Below, in pieces: positions 14,811 through 29,260 of a stretch of DNA of 64,000 nucleotides. The notes under the pieces are model-generated. The model had not been told where the DNA came from, ran no database searches, and was given only the letters and a program-made list of their open reading frames with translations. The DNA comes from Chrysomallon squamiferum (taxonomy: Eukaryota > Animalia > Mollusca), in the NCBI GenBank assembly GCA_012295275.1, contig CM022677.1, positions 14,508,001 to 14,572,000 on the forward strand, in the 5' to 3' direction. Numbering within the stretch: the first letter of the stretch is position 1; each line of letters starts with the position of its first letter. The translations under genes were made by a program, and so were the position numbers.

Positions 14811-16074
14811 GTTCATGCCAACAAACTTTGTAATAATTTGCATGTCAGCCTAATAGAGTAGTGAACAGAACAGTTGTATAAATATGTAATTTGCTTTCAT
14901 TAATATCTGACTCTAATCTGAAATACATTTAATACTTTATGTGGTAGGACTAAAGATATCTACAATATTGTAAAATTTAGTATACGGATGTAATTTTTTG
15001 CTGGATTTGAAGGTCATACAGATGCATAAATTGGGTTGAAAGATTTAGCTTCTTTTCTTATTTTATCTCATGCATGTGTAAAGTTGTCTTTGTTTTAAAT
15101 ACATTTTAAAATATACCTAAATGATTCATTATTGTAACTATTAGCTGACTAATGTGGTTATTTATAAGACAAAATATATTTCATAAGCAGCAAAAGTTAA
15201 ATTATAATTAAATATTTTAATTAATCAAATCAGTTGTTGTTTATGATGTAACTATCATGATTGTTAATTGTTAATTAAAGATTATCAGAATAATCTCAAA
15301 TGTATTTTCATCATGCTAGAATTTCAAGTGGAATCAGTATTAGAAAACCAAAGTTGACCAAATTACAGAATTATTCAAATAATTTAAAAATATTTTTCAT
15401 AATCTCTTTTACTGATGTATTGCTATTTTAGTCCTTTTATATCAAAGTTAAAAAATAATATTAAACTGATTCAAATTAAGAATATAAAAACATTTAATAA
15501 AATATTTTTTATTATTATTATTGTATGGAAAAAACAAAAATGTGGACTACAAGTCTTCTTGCTAAGACAGTGAAATGCAGTTAGAACTGACAAGAAAAAT
15601 ACTATTGCACTTTATTTTATGTTTAGTTTATTAATGAATATTATGTTTTATTGTAGGATCCTAGACAACAGATTCAAGCTGCCACAGCCAGCACTTCAGT
15701 TGAAAATGTTGTAAGACCCATTTTCAGAAAAGGTTAACTAGAGCACAAGAATGCTATTACATCACAGTCTTCTCTGCCAGAGAAAGCTCAACACTTTCAA
15801 GAGAAAATCTGTCAGAAATGTTATTTGAATTTCAAAAACTCAGTGGACTCCAAGAGACTGCATTGTCAGTGTGATCAGAACATCCAGTGTACACATTGTA
15901 CTTCATAGCAGCTTGCACTGTTTTTATCATTGATCTGTGCTTGGTTATTTTAACTTTTTATTGCTGAAAGAGGAATAGAGATTCATCATTGCTATGGAAC
16001 GCCATTTTTCTATATAAGCTAAAATTAATGCGATAGTGCATAGAGGTGTTAAATTTTTAAATAATTTTTGTATT

Positions 16075-16940
16075 ATTTAAATCGGAGAAAATGAAGGGTT
16101 TGCTGGGATAATCAATGTAAATATATTTAAAATTAGGTAATTACAGTAATTCGAATTTTTTGTAAAAAAAAAGAAGAAACTCATCAAAAATCTTTTTTTA
16201 TAATTTTCTCTTTTTTTTTCTCTTTGTCATATTTTAAATCAGGGAAAATCAAGGGTTGCTGGGGGTAATCATTGTATAAATATATTTAAAATTATGTAAT
16301 TAGGGATAATTAGAATTTGTTTATAACAAAAAAACACCAAAAATAACATTATTTTTTTGACATAAAGTCATTTGATAGACATTTGAAGATATACATGAAA
16401 ATACTATGTCTGATTGTAAATATCTGTGTTTGTAATTTATCATCGTTACTGTATGAACTTATTTTGATTGTATTTTTATTTTTAGATACGAAAAGTAAAT
16501 TATTTCAGTCATGTGGTTTTTTCTTGAATGGACCTTAATGATACATTTTTTGTTATATTTTTTATTGCACTAACAGTGAGAATTATTTAAATATTTTAAA
16601 AATTATATATAAAATGTTTACTATGTAACTATTGTTATTTTAATCTTTATAAATCTGCAATGTCTAAAACCTTAACATTTGTAATTAAAAAAATTCCAAT
16701 TTTATGTTATTTTAATTTTTATAAAAATGCAATATATCTGTAACATTTGTAACAAACAATATTCCAATTTTATGTTATTTTTAATCTTTATAAATCTGCA
16801 AAACTTAACTGTAAAATTTATAATTAAAAAATATTCCAATTTTATATTATTTTAATCTTCATAGCTCTGCAATCAGTCTAAAACCTTTGTGACATTTGTA
16901 ATAAAATTTTTTTTAATCTTTTTAAGTCTGCAGTCTAAAA
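16075..16940. repeat. Two degenerate tandem arrays: ~140-bp unit x2 (16075-16330) and ~60-bp unit x5 (16630-16940)
   Basis: Repeated tttaaatc-gg-aaa...gctggg-taatca-tgta and ttccaattttatgttatttt-aatctt-ataaatctgcaa motifs. The first array is present inverted, with more copies, at ~51060-51600. Confidence 0.7.
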
Positions 16941-17165
16941 TGGCATTACCCAACAGTCTCCGGTTATTATAGAATACACTGTAAATATTTTGTTTATATT
17001 TTAATTATTTATCACATATTAACAGATACAAGTTGAAATATAGTGTTCTTGGAACATACCTACGTTTATTATTATTATTATTATCATATCATTTTCATTG
17101 TCATTATTATTACTACTATTGTAATTATTATTATTATTACTGTTACTCTTATTATCATTATTATT

Positions 17166-17201
<36 letters not shown>

Positions 17202-17543
17202 AATATTTTGTAATGACAGTCTGACTAGGAGTAGTGAGTATAAATAGAAAAAAATACAGGAAGGGTTTCAAGATTAAAAGTGTTTTTTTTATTAAGAATA
17301 TTAAAGGCTTGAGGTAAAGTTATATTGATAACAAGAGGTAGAATTGTAAACTTTGACTTAGTAGTTTAAGTTGGTGTATAGAGAGACATGCAGTGTTAGT
17401 TTACACTGAAACACTGATTAGTTTGTAGTCTGTTTAGATCATCTGAAAATAAAAGTCATTAATGTAATATTTTATTATGTGTCTCTGTTCATTTATCCTT
17501 TCATTTATCTATCTTTTTACACATCCAGTGTCTTTGTTGTATA

Positions 17544-17589
<46 letters not shown>

Positions 17590-18136
17590 ATATTTATATA
17601 AAAGGGTATAACTGGTTTCAAACTTAAGATAACAAAGATGGCTGTAAAGCAGTTGAAAACAAGTAATTGACTGTAAAAGACTGGAATTTAAAGAGACATG
17701 AAAAGAGATGGTATGTTAATCAGAAAGAACATACATAGAGTGTCTGTGATACTCTCAGTGTGAATGATATATGTCAACTAGTGTGTGTCTGTTAGTCTGT
17801 GTTTTTTATATTATGTGTATACACAAGTTATTGTTGGTGAGTATTTGTCTGTCTATATGAATATGTGACTAGATTAAAACATGACTGTTTATGTGTTTGT
17901 ATATTTTTCTGCATATAAGAGCACACGTTTGCATATGAGCACGTATGTGCATGTGTATTAAATTAATAGTAAATATGCGATTATTTGTGTACTTTGTGTC
18001 TATATGTATGAGAGTGGGGTATATGTTGTATATGTATTTGTTCATGTGCATTTGTACATGTATTTATGTGAGACTGTTTATGTCTAGCCTACCCATTATA
18101 TGTGTGTGTGTGTGTCTGTGTGTGTAATATATATAT

Positions 18137-18189
<53 letters not shown>

Positions 18190-18339
18190 TCGACAAATAC
18201 ATATTCTAAGTTTCAATAAGATGTACAGTGAGTTACTGATCTTTATTAAATGCTTCATGTAAATTTTCAGTGAGTTCTGTGGATCTTGATGTGCATGATG
18301 AGTGAAATCTATGACAACTAAGAAGCAGTTCATTATGTA

Positions 18340-18560
18340 TATAGAATAAAGTGATGAAAGGATCAATATAAGACCATATTTTGAAAAAGCGGATGTTTAA
18401 ATGAATGTAATTGAGAACAATCCATCAAAATCTGTTTCAATACATACTGACAGTGTTCACACCAAGTGAATGAAATTCGTCAAAAATAAAAATATTGTCA
18501 AAGTAAATTCACCAATACTGGGAGGACAAAGACAATTTCATCCATCTGTATTTGCCTGAC
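18340..18560 (-). mobile_element. Possible decayed 3' fragment of a LINE (I/Nimb-like C-terminal zinc knuckle)
   Basis: Minus strand reads EHCQYVLKQILMDCSQLHSFKHPLFQN, resembling the C..C...LTVKHILIDC motif at the end of LINE ORF2. Short and degenerate. Confidence 0.3.
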
Positions 18561-18897
18561 TCCCTCCTTCATTCATCTAGCTAAGTGTGTTAGAATATGT
18601 GTTTTCTTATTACTGAGAGAAAATGGGTGTATATGCATAATGTGTGTGCAAGAGTGTGCATGTATTTTTGAGAGAGAGATGAAAAGGTGGACTGGAAGTT
18701 TGATAGACTGACAGAGAGATATGTACAATGAAAGGGATATACAATTAGTGAGAGAGATTGACAGAGAGGAAGAGATGTAGATGACAGACATACAGATAGA
18801 TACAGATATATGTGTAGAGAGCTATGCTGATATGTGTTTGAGGAAGAAAGTGTTAGTATGTTCATGTTTTAGCGAGACAGGATGGGAGTATACGAAC

Positions 18898-19568
18898 TAG
18901 AGTTCATTATGTTTGTGTACATTTTTTATAAATAGATAAAGAGATGGTAATGAATATGTGAATTAGAGTGAATTATGTTTGCATGTGTGTTTTATAGATA
19001 GATAAAGAGATGGTAATGAGTATGTGAATTAGAGTTAATTATGTTTGTGTATGTGTTTTATAGATAGATAAAATGGTAATGAGTATATGAATTAGAGTGA
19101 ATTATGTTTGTGTATGTGTTTTATTATAGATAGATAAAGAGATAGTAATGAGTATATAAATTAGAGTTAATTATGTTTGTGTATGTGTTTTATAGATAGA
19201 TAAAGAGATGGTAATGAGTATGTGAATTAGAGTTAAATATGTTTGTGTGTGTGTTTTATAGATAGATAAAGAGATGGTAATGATTATGTGAATTAGAGTT
19301 AATTATGTTTGTGTATGTGTTTTATAGATAGATACAGAGATGGTAATGAATATTGAATTAGAGTTAATTATGTTTGTGCATGTGTTTTATAGATAGATAA
19401 AGAGATAGTAATGAATATGTGAATTAGAGTGAATTATGTTTGTGTATGTGTTTTATAGATAGATAAAGAGATGGTAATGAGTATATGAATTAGAGTGAGT
19501 TATGTTTGTGTATGTGTTTTATAGATAGATAAAGAAATGGATATGTATATTGAATTAGAGTGAATTAT
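18898..19568. repeat. 66-bp minisatellite, ~10 copies
   Basis: Unit TAGAGTTAATTATGTTTGTGTATGTGTTTTATAGATAGATAAAGAGATGGTAATGAGTATGTGAAT. Confidence 0.95.
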
Positions 19569-19589
19569 TTCTGGCTGGCGACATCGAAA

Positions 19590-20350
19590 TAATATCTGGA
19601 AAATAAAAATCTAGTACGAAATGTGTACGAGATAGTATGACGTCAGAGTAACAAAAAAAAACAAAAAAAATTAAATCAAAAATTGTTTTCGACCTTTGCA
19701 GCAATTACTGCTCAATAATAGGCATATATGTATCAACGGCATTAGTTATATGATGTATTTCCTCAAATTAATTTTAATAATGCATTTAGACTTGATTGGA
19801 TGTTTAAAAGTTTGTAAACACTGATCGGCGTTCGACGCTGCCATTTTGGATTTTGATCGGAAGTTTCCGTGATCGCTCGGAAACCGTCTGATCGGGTTTT
19901 AAAAACATTCAATAAAATAAGCATTTTACAATAATTCAAAAAATAATAATAACACATTAAATAAACAAAAACTAAAAGACAAAGAAACCGCAAGGAATGT
20001 TATTAAGCTGGTGCTGTTTGTTATAAAACATTATACACAATTAGTTCTTTTCAACTAAAAGCAGCAAATCTAATTTACCGTCGCATCGCAAATGCGGAGT
20101 AATCTGTTTCAAAAGTTTGTGGTCTACGGGAAATAACTCTATTTAACACGTTGGAAAATATACAAAAAAGATTGAGTGACAAGTAAAATATTAAAAAGAA
20201 CAAAATAACAAAAAGAAATCACATAGAATTTTTTTTTTTTTTTTTTTCAATAAATGAAGCGACGAACGATTATTAGTGACATCATAAGTCTGCTGAATAT
20301 AGATCATTCACTCAATTTACTGAATTCACTAAAATGATTTTATTTAAACC
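19590..20350 (-). promoter_or_regulatory. CpG-rich housekeeping-type promoter/first exon, copy 1 (ETS sites plus YY1/Kozak AAAATGGCAGCG; MAASNADQ)
   Basis: CGGAAGTTTCCG palindrome near 19858, minus-strand ATG at 19844-19842, TGACGTCA at 19638. The block is duplicated at 24810-25640. Confidence 0.5.
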
Positions 20351-21489
20351 TATATATTATTTTTTATTTCTATTTAATATAATTGTTTCTTTATAATAAA
20401 TATACGCCTGAAATAATTTTATTTACTTTCTTACTCTTTTCTTTTTACCTTGTTTCAGTATTCTTTTTAATTTATCATTTTAATTAGGTCCAACAAGCAC
20501 GGCAGGACAGTTGACATGATGCGAAAAGCAGCTCAGACCACAAACTGATAAAAAAAAAACATCCGATGAATATAAAGTTGATAATAATTATTAAACATTA
20601 TTTACGAAACATCATAAACGTGAAGAATGTGAACATGGTGATCAGTAAATATAATCATTGAAATTTAGATTAATTTATTACAATAATCGGACATCTCGGT
20701 TCTTGGTTTTGTTTCGGTTTGAATAGCAAGACATATCTTTGCGGTAGACATACCTAAAATAACATGAAACATTCGAAAATAAACATATAAAAATTATTGA
20801 TGACAATAGTTAAAATATAAATTATAATAAGATTACTGAAGATTTCGTGCTTACAAATTATAATTTATACTAAGTGTACACTCGGTGTTTATTTTTATAT
20901 CGATCGGAGCTGAAAATAAAAATAAATATCCGGCTAACTCCGTTTTCACGTTCGGGTCTATGACGTCATCAATGCTTTGTTTACATAGATACAGCTGGCG
21001 ATATTGAAGATTAGCGCATTCGAGTTAGTTCTGACTCTACTTTCCTACTTTTTTACTTTATATATTGAATTGCACCTAGAAGTGATGAAGGTTACATTTG
21101 TGTAGGTATAATTTTTATATTATTAACATATTTAAGTCCAAACTGGACATATTGTTTTATTCACAGTAGAGGTTGTGCTAGATTATTTTTAGATTAGATA
21201 ATCAACGATAACTGAAAACTGTGTGTCTGCATTACTTTCTAACCTCTAATGCTATGATTCCTGTTTCTTATATTGTTAATATACCCTTGTCAAAATATGT
21301 TTATTTTTAAATAAAAATAACAACAACAATCAATTACAGATAGTGTTTCGAATGTTTTTATTTAAAAAGAATAAAGGAGTGTAAAACATATCTCATTATC
21401 TGACAACTATTATTTTATTAATTCTTCACGTCTAAAAATATTTAGTCAATGGTTTCTATAAAATACTTGAACAGTTCTGTTATTTTCAG

Positions 21490-21706
21490 AATCCGTTTCG
21501 AAGAGCCCATGGACGTCGACCCATTCGACGACAGAGACATTCAACCAATGGAGGTTGACCCATTCGACGACAGAGACATTCAACCAGTGGAGGTTGACCC
21601 ATTCGACGACAGAGACATTCAACCAGTGGAGGTTGACCCATTCGACGACAGAGACATTCAACCAATGGAGGTTGACCCATTCGGGGAACCCATGGATACA
21701 TCCTGA
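21490..21706 (+). CDS. Putative exon of 39-bp tandem repeats encoding (PMEVDPFDDRDIQ)x4 plus PMEVDPFGEPMDTS*
   Basis: Acceptor tattttcag at 21489 and an open frame through the repeats. Donor at ~21714 and a downstream exon from ~21852. Upstream CRE TGACGTCA at 20961. The start exon is unresolved. Confidence 0.45.
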
Positions 21707-24528
21707 GTATAAGGTATCATAATAAAATATGTTGAAACATTATTATTTTTCGCAAGTATTCTCTACTTTCATATTAGACACCGCTATACTGCGAATGAAG
21801 TAAAGATAACATTATATAATAAATAAACATTTTTCTTTTCTTCTTGTACAGGTGGATTTCTTTGGTTCTCCCGATCGTTCACGTCCAATGCAAGGACACC
21901 GACGTCCATGGGCTCCACCCTCTTCCCGTGTGTAGCGGGCACGTGAAAAGCACGACCTGGAGCTGACTTGAAGCGAAAAGCAGCTCAAAGCATGAACTGG
22001 CAAAAACAACCGATGAACACAAAAGTTGAAAAAAAGTTTCAAACACGAAACATAAAAATGTAAATCATGCCAGTCATATATATCTTGATCGGTGCTGGTG
22101 ATTAAAGAGTTTTTTTTCTCTCAGTGTTTATTTATGAACATATATTTCAGAAATGTTTTAGAATACATATACATATATATATATATTCAAACCATGTACT
22201 CTATATACTTTTACATTTGTAAAGATTAATATTTTTCTAAATTAAAAGGTGTGGTTGTTTTTCTCTTTCATGCAATCAGGTTTAGCACAGATTTTGTTTT
22301 TAAAATCTACATTATTACATAATTAAATATAGTTTATAAATTTTAATTTGTACTATTTATTTTTTGTTTTGAAGTGTCCAAACTCATTTCAGAAATGATA
22401 TCAGATTTTATTCATACTGAGAAGACAGAAATCTCGTGTGGTTAGCCGCTCTGTATATCTTACAATCTATATATAGGGTATTGCTACTTTTTTCTAATTT
22501 CGAATACAGTGCCATTATTTTGAAAGTCCTTTCTATATTCAGAAAGACAGACAGGCTATCAGAGTAGAGACAGAAGTGTATGTACTTAAGAATAAGTTAT
22601 GACATATAAATATTTTACCAGATATTACTTGATAATTAAGTATTATACGTTCTGTGTTTAATATGCTATTTAACAGAAAACATTATAGACACTTCTTATC
22701 TTATCATATTTACCTTCTAATCAGCAGATGAAGACTATGCTTTCAGTGTAGATAAACACAGACTAGATTTCCAGATTAATGTTCTCTTTATAAACAATGC
22801 CAGACATCACTAATGTCTCGTTAACAGTTTATTTGTACTTCCAGTCATGCCTCCCCCCTAACTCCACATATTCCTCTCAACACAGTTTATATATTAAGTC
22901 AATTTCCATTGATGTATCACTGAATCCATGGACCTACAATGAGGATCTTATTTGTTAACAATGTGATAATGTCTGAAAAGTAATTGCTTATATAACTAAA
23001 AACCTTTCAGTCCATCATTCCCTCTTTTTATCCCTTTATTATTTTCCCAATTCTTCTTTGCACCAAAACTTTCATCCATCTAACACTCCATCCATACTTA
23101 CCTACCTGCATGTTTCTATCTAACTATTTGGAAGCCCAGTCTACATTTTTAAATGTACACAGAGTTTTTGAAGTAAAATCACACCTGTAATGTTTACTAT
23201 AATGCTACAGTACCCACATAAAACAACGACAACAACAATAGTAATATAAATAAAATAAAATGTTAATCTTTATTCGATTTCTTTACTTCTCAATATCCAT
23301 AAGACTTCAAACGTTAACATCATCGCTCAGTCTGGATGTATATATATTTGTTTTATTTCATCATCAGTTTCTCTGGCTATTTGTCTATCTATCTGTCTCT
23401 TTATTGGTCAACCTGTGGTGTAGCTTAATCTCGCACCTGCTCACCTCTTTCTAACATAGAAACAGACTTTAATGAAGAAATCATATGATTTTTTTTACTC
23501 ATATACATGTGCCCATTACCTGTCTAGCTAACCATTTATTCATCACTATCCTCTGTCTGTCTGTCTGTCTGTATCTATATTTATTTATATAATTATCTCT
23601 CATTCTCTGAAAAATCATACACACATGGCATACTTCTCTGTTTCATAGTGAGGTAAATATCTTTTCTCTCTCTGTAAAACACAAACACATATAATCACAC
23701 CTACATATCAGTTTCTCTCAGGCTAGCTATCCAACTGCAATCTAACACCCATATAAACATACTCTTATTCATACATTTAGTTATATACCAATCCTCTAAC
23801 ATAAATACAAATACTCATGATTGTGACTCTGTGTATCCATGTATCTATTTATGTTGTTTGTATAGTTGATTCTGTGTGTGTTTGTGGGTGTATCCATCCA
23901 TCCATCTATATCTACCCTCTCTAACACACATATATATAAACATACATCTATTCACTCATGTATTTATTTATTTATATTTAATCTATTATCTCTCCATCAA
24001 TCATCTGACTCTCTCAAAGTTTTGACACCCATTTATATACCCATTCTCTCTAACACATATATTTATGCACACACATACACATCAGTTTATCTATGTTAGC
24101 TGTACATATCTATCTATATATATATGTACCTAATTATTGTCTACCTAACATATCAATCTATCTCTGAAGCGATGTCTAACTATCTCTATATCAATCTATC
24201 TCACCTTCTCAGTTATACATAGCCACAGTCTATTTTGTTGTCACACAAAACACAAATGAACACACACACACACACACGTACGTATACACTCTTTCTATTT
24301 ACATCCTTTTTAAATATTTAAATACACTCTTTCTATCTAGTGATCTGTCTATAAATATATTTATTTATCTATTTATCCCATATACATAAGCAACAGACTC
24401 GGTCGTTCTTACAGATGTGCAGATATACTCATGCCTCCTTGCATCTGTCTATCTTTCTAGTAATCTATTTATCTTTCTTCTGTCTATCAAGTTACCTGTC
24501 CGTTATCATCTACCATCTATCCATTCTT

Positions 24529-24585
<57 letters not shown>

Positions 24586-24809
24586 GTTACTTATCCTTTT
24601 ATATAGATATACATACTAATCATCTTCTAAACATACAAATACTTTATCATTCCTATACACGTGTATGTGTATATATATGTATGTATGTATGTGTGTGTAG
24701 ATCCATCCTTCCAACCAGCGTCAGTGAACATTATTAATTTCATTTCAATTTATTTTATTTCAATTATTTTATTTTATTTTTATTTATTTACTTATTTTTT
24801 TAATTTACT

Positions 24810-25640
24810 TTCTGACGATGTCGTAATAAAAAGTGAAACAAAAAAAGGAGTACGAAATGGGTACGAGATGATATATTACGTAAACGTCAGAAAAAAATAA
24901 AAAATAAAAAAGAAATGTTACCACATTTTCACCAGAGAATTAGCCATCTATGTATAAGCGGCATTGGTTATATGACATAATTCTCCAAATTACTTTTAAT
25001 GATCCATGTAGAATTATATATAAAGGTCTACATGTTTAAAAGTGTGTAAATATTGATCGGCGTTCGATGCTGCCATCTTGGATTTCGATCGGAAGTTTCC
25101 GTGAGGTCACGGAAGTTTTTAAACTTCCAAATACAATTATTTTACGTCTACTTTCTGAACTTTTTATGATTTACACTGATAAAGTTGATTGTACAAAACC
25201 GTGATCTCTTGCGCCTTTCCGAACTACTTTTTCAACTAAAATAAATGAAATAAATAAATAAAATAAATAAATAAAATTAAATGAAATAACAATTTTACAA
25301 TAATTCATCAAATAATAATTTCATGTCAAAATAGAAAACGCAGGGAATGTTAATAAGCTGGTTCTGTCTGCTACAAAACATTATACAGAATTGATTATTT
25401 TCATCTAAAAGCAACAAATCTAATTTACCGTCACCTCGAATATGCGAGGAGTAATCTATTTCAGAAGTTCGTGGTCTAAGAGAAATAACTCTATTTAACA
25501 CGCACGTTGGTAAATATACAAATAAGACTGAGTGTCCAGTAAAATTTAAAAAATAAAATAAAATAAGAAAATAATTCAAGTCGCCTGAATATTGATCATT
25601 CACTGAATTTACTAAATTCACTAAAATTATTTTATTTAAA
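24810..25640 (-). promoter_or_regulatory. CpG-rich promoter/first exon, copy 2 (direct paralogue of 19590-20350)
   Basis: tgatcggcgttcgatgctgccatcttggatttcgatcggaagtttccgtga matches copy 1; minus-strand ATG at 25076-25074 (MAASNADQ). Homology ends at the pogo-like element. Confidence 0.5.
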
Positions 25641-25647
25641 ACTAATA

Positions 25648-26480
25648 GTAAGTTGAGGTAATTCTGGCCTCAGGGCAATGCTGCCCTCCGAGGTATATTA
25701 TGACTTGCAGCCGCTATACTGCATTTTGAGGTTTCAAAAGTAAGTGTTATTTTTTAGTCCTATAGACATAAGGTTAGTGATAAATTATAACAGGTAAACA
25801 TATAATCAGTTTCTAAGTTCAACAGAAGAAACTTGATTAATATGTGATAACTATGCAAGAAATATGCTTTTTATTTTGCTCCACCACTTGGGGCAATAAA
25901 ATCAAAAGGACGAGGTATGCCGAGGTATTGACAGAAGAAGAAAGTGTCAAGAGGTATGAAGAAGAGCTGGCAGAAAAGAAGAAGAAGGAGGAAGAAAAGG
26001 CAAAGAAAGCAACTTTTTAGAGGCAAAATTACAACAACAAAAAATGGAAGATACCAAAGTGAAAACGGCAGTTCAATTTGAATGCTACAGCAGAACCGGT
26101 GGATGCAGCTAAAGAAAACGTTGATGGTGATGAGCCTGAACTAGAAGACAGAGATGTAGTAGATACACAAGAAAAATGTGAACTCTATGGCAGAGTTGAT
26201 GATGGAATGAATTCTGATGAGTTCACAGGATGTGACGGGTGCCAAAATTGGTACCGTCTTGATTCTTGAGAAAAATCTCGAACTCCCAGCTGGTGCAGAC
26301 TTTAAAGATATTGTATTCTTGTGTGATGTTTGTCAAGGTGTTTAGTTTATTTAAGTTTTGAGTTTGACTTGTATTATGACTAGGTCTAATTATTATTAGT
26401 AAACAATGATTATATAGCAATCATCAGTACAACAAATTTGAGGACCAAACTACTCATGAATGTGGGGCCAGAATTACTAT
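25648..26480 (+). mobile_element. Internally deleted pogo-like (DDE_1 type) DNA transposon retaining the C-terminal K/E-rich coil and PHD finger
   Basis: Inverted motif GTAATTCTGGCCTCA (25658-25672) / TGGGGCCAGAATTAC (26463-26477). Decayed peptides VLTEEESVKRYEEELAEKKKKEEEK and KCELYG..DEFTGCDGCQNWYRLDS..IVFLCDVCQ. Confidence 0.7.
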
Positions 26481-27746
26481 TTTATTTATCATTTTAAGTA
26501 GTATTATTGCAATTAGTGTTGCTGTTTTTATCGTTACTGTCATTATGTCAGTATTACAGTCGTCATTATAAAGAAAGAAACAATTATCAACAAATAAACA
26601 GATAGAGAGATAGACACACATACATACACAGACACACACACATAGAAAAGAAATAGTTTGGTATACGTGTTTGCCTTAGAGGATAGTTATACACGAAAGA
26701 TCATATCAGTGAGAGGGTGTTTATGTATATAGTTAAATAATAGATAGGTACAATGATGGACATAGAGATAGATAGACATTTTACATTGTATAGGCAAATG
26801 AACTTGTAAGAAAATGTTTGTACATGCATTATTATATAATATCACTTTAAACTCACTTTTCACAACGTTTCTTTTATTGGTCATTTTAATTATTCAGTTC
26901 AGTTTTCGGTTTTTCTATCTGTCTGTGTGTCTGTATGTCTGTCTATGGATTTATCTCTATATATGTCTGTCTGTCTCACTCTCCATCTATCTGTGTGTCT
27001 ATCTGTCTATCCACCTACCTATCTACCTCTCAGATTACAGTGATAATAAAAACGTGTCGCTGTAATTAAAACTTCAGTAAAAGAAATGATAAACACTGCA
27101 GAAAACGTTGATAATAAAGCAGCGATGATATTTTATCTCTCTGGGAGAGGTTCTGTGTATGCCTAAAATACTGAAGGATCTTAGATATTAATATTAATAT
27201 TAATATATTTATTTATTTATTTATTTGACCCTGTAAACGGCATCTGAAATGTCCTTTGTATTGCAGTAATGAACAAAAAGGTGTTCTTCTTATTATGATG
27301 AACGCTGTTTACCATATATAATGGAACTGAACGACAATATTTACAGTTTATTTGCTTCAACCAGACCTGTTTATACTAATACATTTAAATTCAGCGAAAG
27401 AACCGTAATTTTTTACATTCATATATAGATTATATCTAGTTGAATATTGTCTAATTATCAATTTAATTTTTAGGGGAGATAATAGAATATCACTTTCTAC
27501 AGTTAATTAAGAATTAATCTGTAACAGCGCAGTATATTTACAGAACTTGTGTTATAATAAACAAGATTCATCTCGCGCATCCTCGCCTTTTCACTTTACT
27601 TTTAATAATAAAAACGTCTGTTAATGTTTCTCTATATTCTAGGCTTTTCTACTAAGAAAGATGCACTTGCAAATATCAATAACATGGTGAAGTTAATTCC
27701 TCTTAATCTAGCCTCTCACCTCTCAACTGCAAATCTACTAACCTAA

Positions 27747-27778
<32 letters not shown>

Positions 27779-27989
27779 TAATACGCATTATTAAACGTTG
27801 ATTCATTTTTCAACTTGTTAGATACGTTACACCTGTTAATGAAAAATTAAGCTTATTATTTATTTATTTATTTATTTATTTATTAATTTATTATGCAAAA
27901 TAAAATTATCTAATATTGTTAATAAAAAAACATTACCTCTATTTTTCAATACACTGTGTTTTCAATACATAATATTACCGCTACGCCTC

Positions 27990-29260
27990 TGTTTACAACA
28001 TAAAACATGTAACATAAATAGCGATGGCTGTACTGAAGTTGCATCTTATTTTCATAACGCCGTGTAAAATTACTCCTACTTAGCTGTTCTGTGAAACAAG
28101 TTCTGTTAATAAAATGTCACATTAGTATGAAAGCCTTCTCGATATTCTCATATAATTCTACTGCTGTTTATAAAAAAATCACATTATTATTACAGATAAA
28201 ACTAAATATCTAAAACAGAACATAATTTGCGAAATAGAGAGTTATGTACCCTATTTTCAACAGTAGCTGTAGAGCTGATACTTAGTGAGTTAGATTTTCA
28301 GATTCATATTATTAACAAAAGACTTAATTTTTGTTTTCGTTTTATTTTTCATCTCTCTCTCTCCCTTCCTGATAGTATTTTTTTTTACTTCCAGACAAAG
28401 TGTTATATGTATTTTAGGAAATATACTTTTTCTAAGCAGAAGAACGATGAAGGTGATTTTCAATAATTACACCATAGACTGTGTTTTTAATTACATTTTT
28501 TCTGGTGATTAATATTTAAGCAGAATATTTTAAGAAATGTGGAAGTTGTTCGTCCTATACAACGGCGAGTGTTTTGTGAAGAAACGTTTCAGTGAAACTT
28601 GTGAAGACACGACGGTTTTGTTCTTCAAAAAGTCACAGGTATTTGAGTGTTTACAGAAAACAAGAAACTTTGACGTACATATATATTTTGTAGAGAAGAA
28701 GCTGTAACTCAGTTTAACAGAAAACTAGTTCACAACAGAGGGCTTTCCCTCTATATCTAGTCATTAAGTTATTTATTTCTGAATTTAGAAGTCCAGCGCT
28801 GAATGCCACTATAAAATAAAAAGTCAGATCACTATAAATGTAATATTTGATTAACAGCAGAAGAGATTACATAAAACCAGCGACGTTTATATTATAAATT
28901 GATACTGAGTGAAAATAACGTCATGTTTTGTAATATTTTCCTCTATTTTGCTTCATTAAAAACTACTGATAATTTCACGTACATCAGTTTCACGTAGGAG
29001 TCATCAATGACAGACATTTCATCCTCTGACACCTGATAGACCATTAACATTTGTAATAATAAAATATTCCAGTTTTATGTTATTTTAGTCTTTAGAAATC
29101 TGCACTCTGTCTAAAACGGTATATCAGGTTGGTCTCAATGAATCATCCGATTTTGACAGCGTCCACTGTATTTATTTTTGTTGTTTATATTTTACTTATT
29201 TATCACATATTAATAGATACGGTATATATGATATTCCTGGAACGTACCTACACATTTACA
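27990..29260 (+). repeat. Mosaic of old duplicated fragments (copy D)
   Basis: ~28040-28190 matches A ~6728-7075 with deletions, 28350-28900 matches 47780-48960, and 29040-29260 matches A 16700-17070. Confidence 0.7.
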
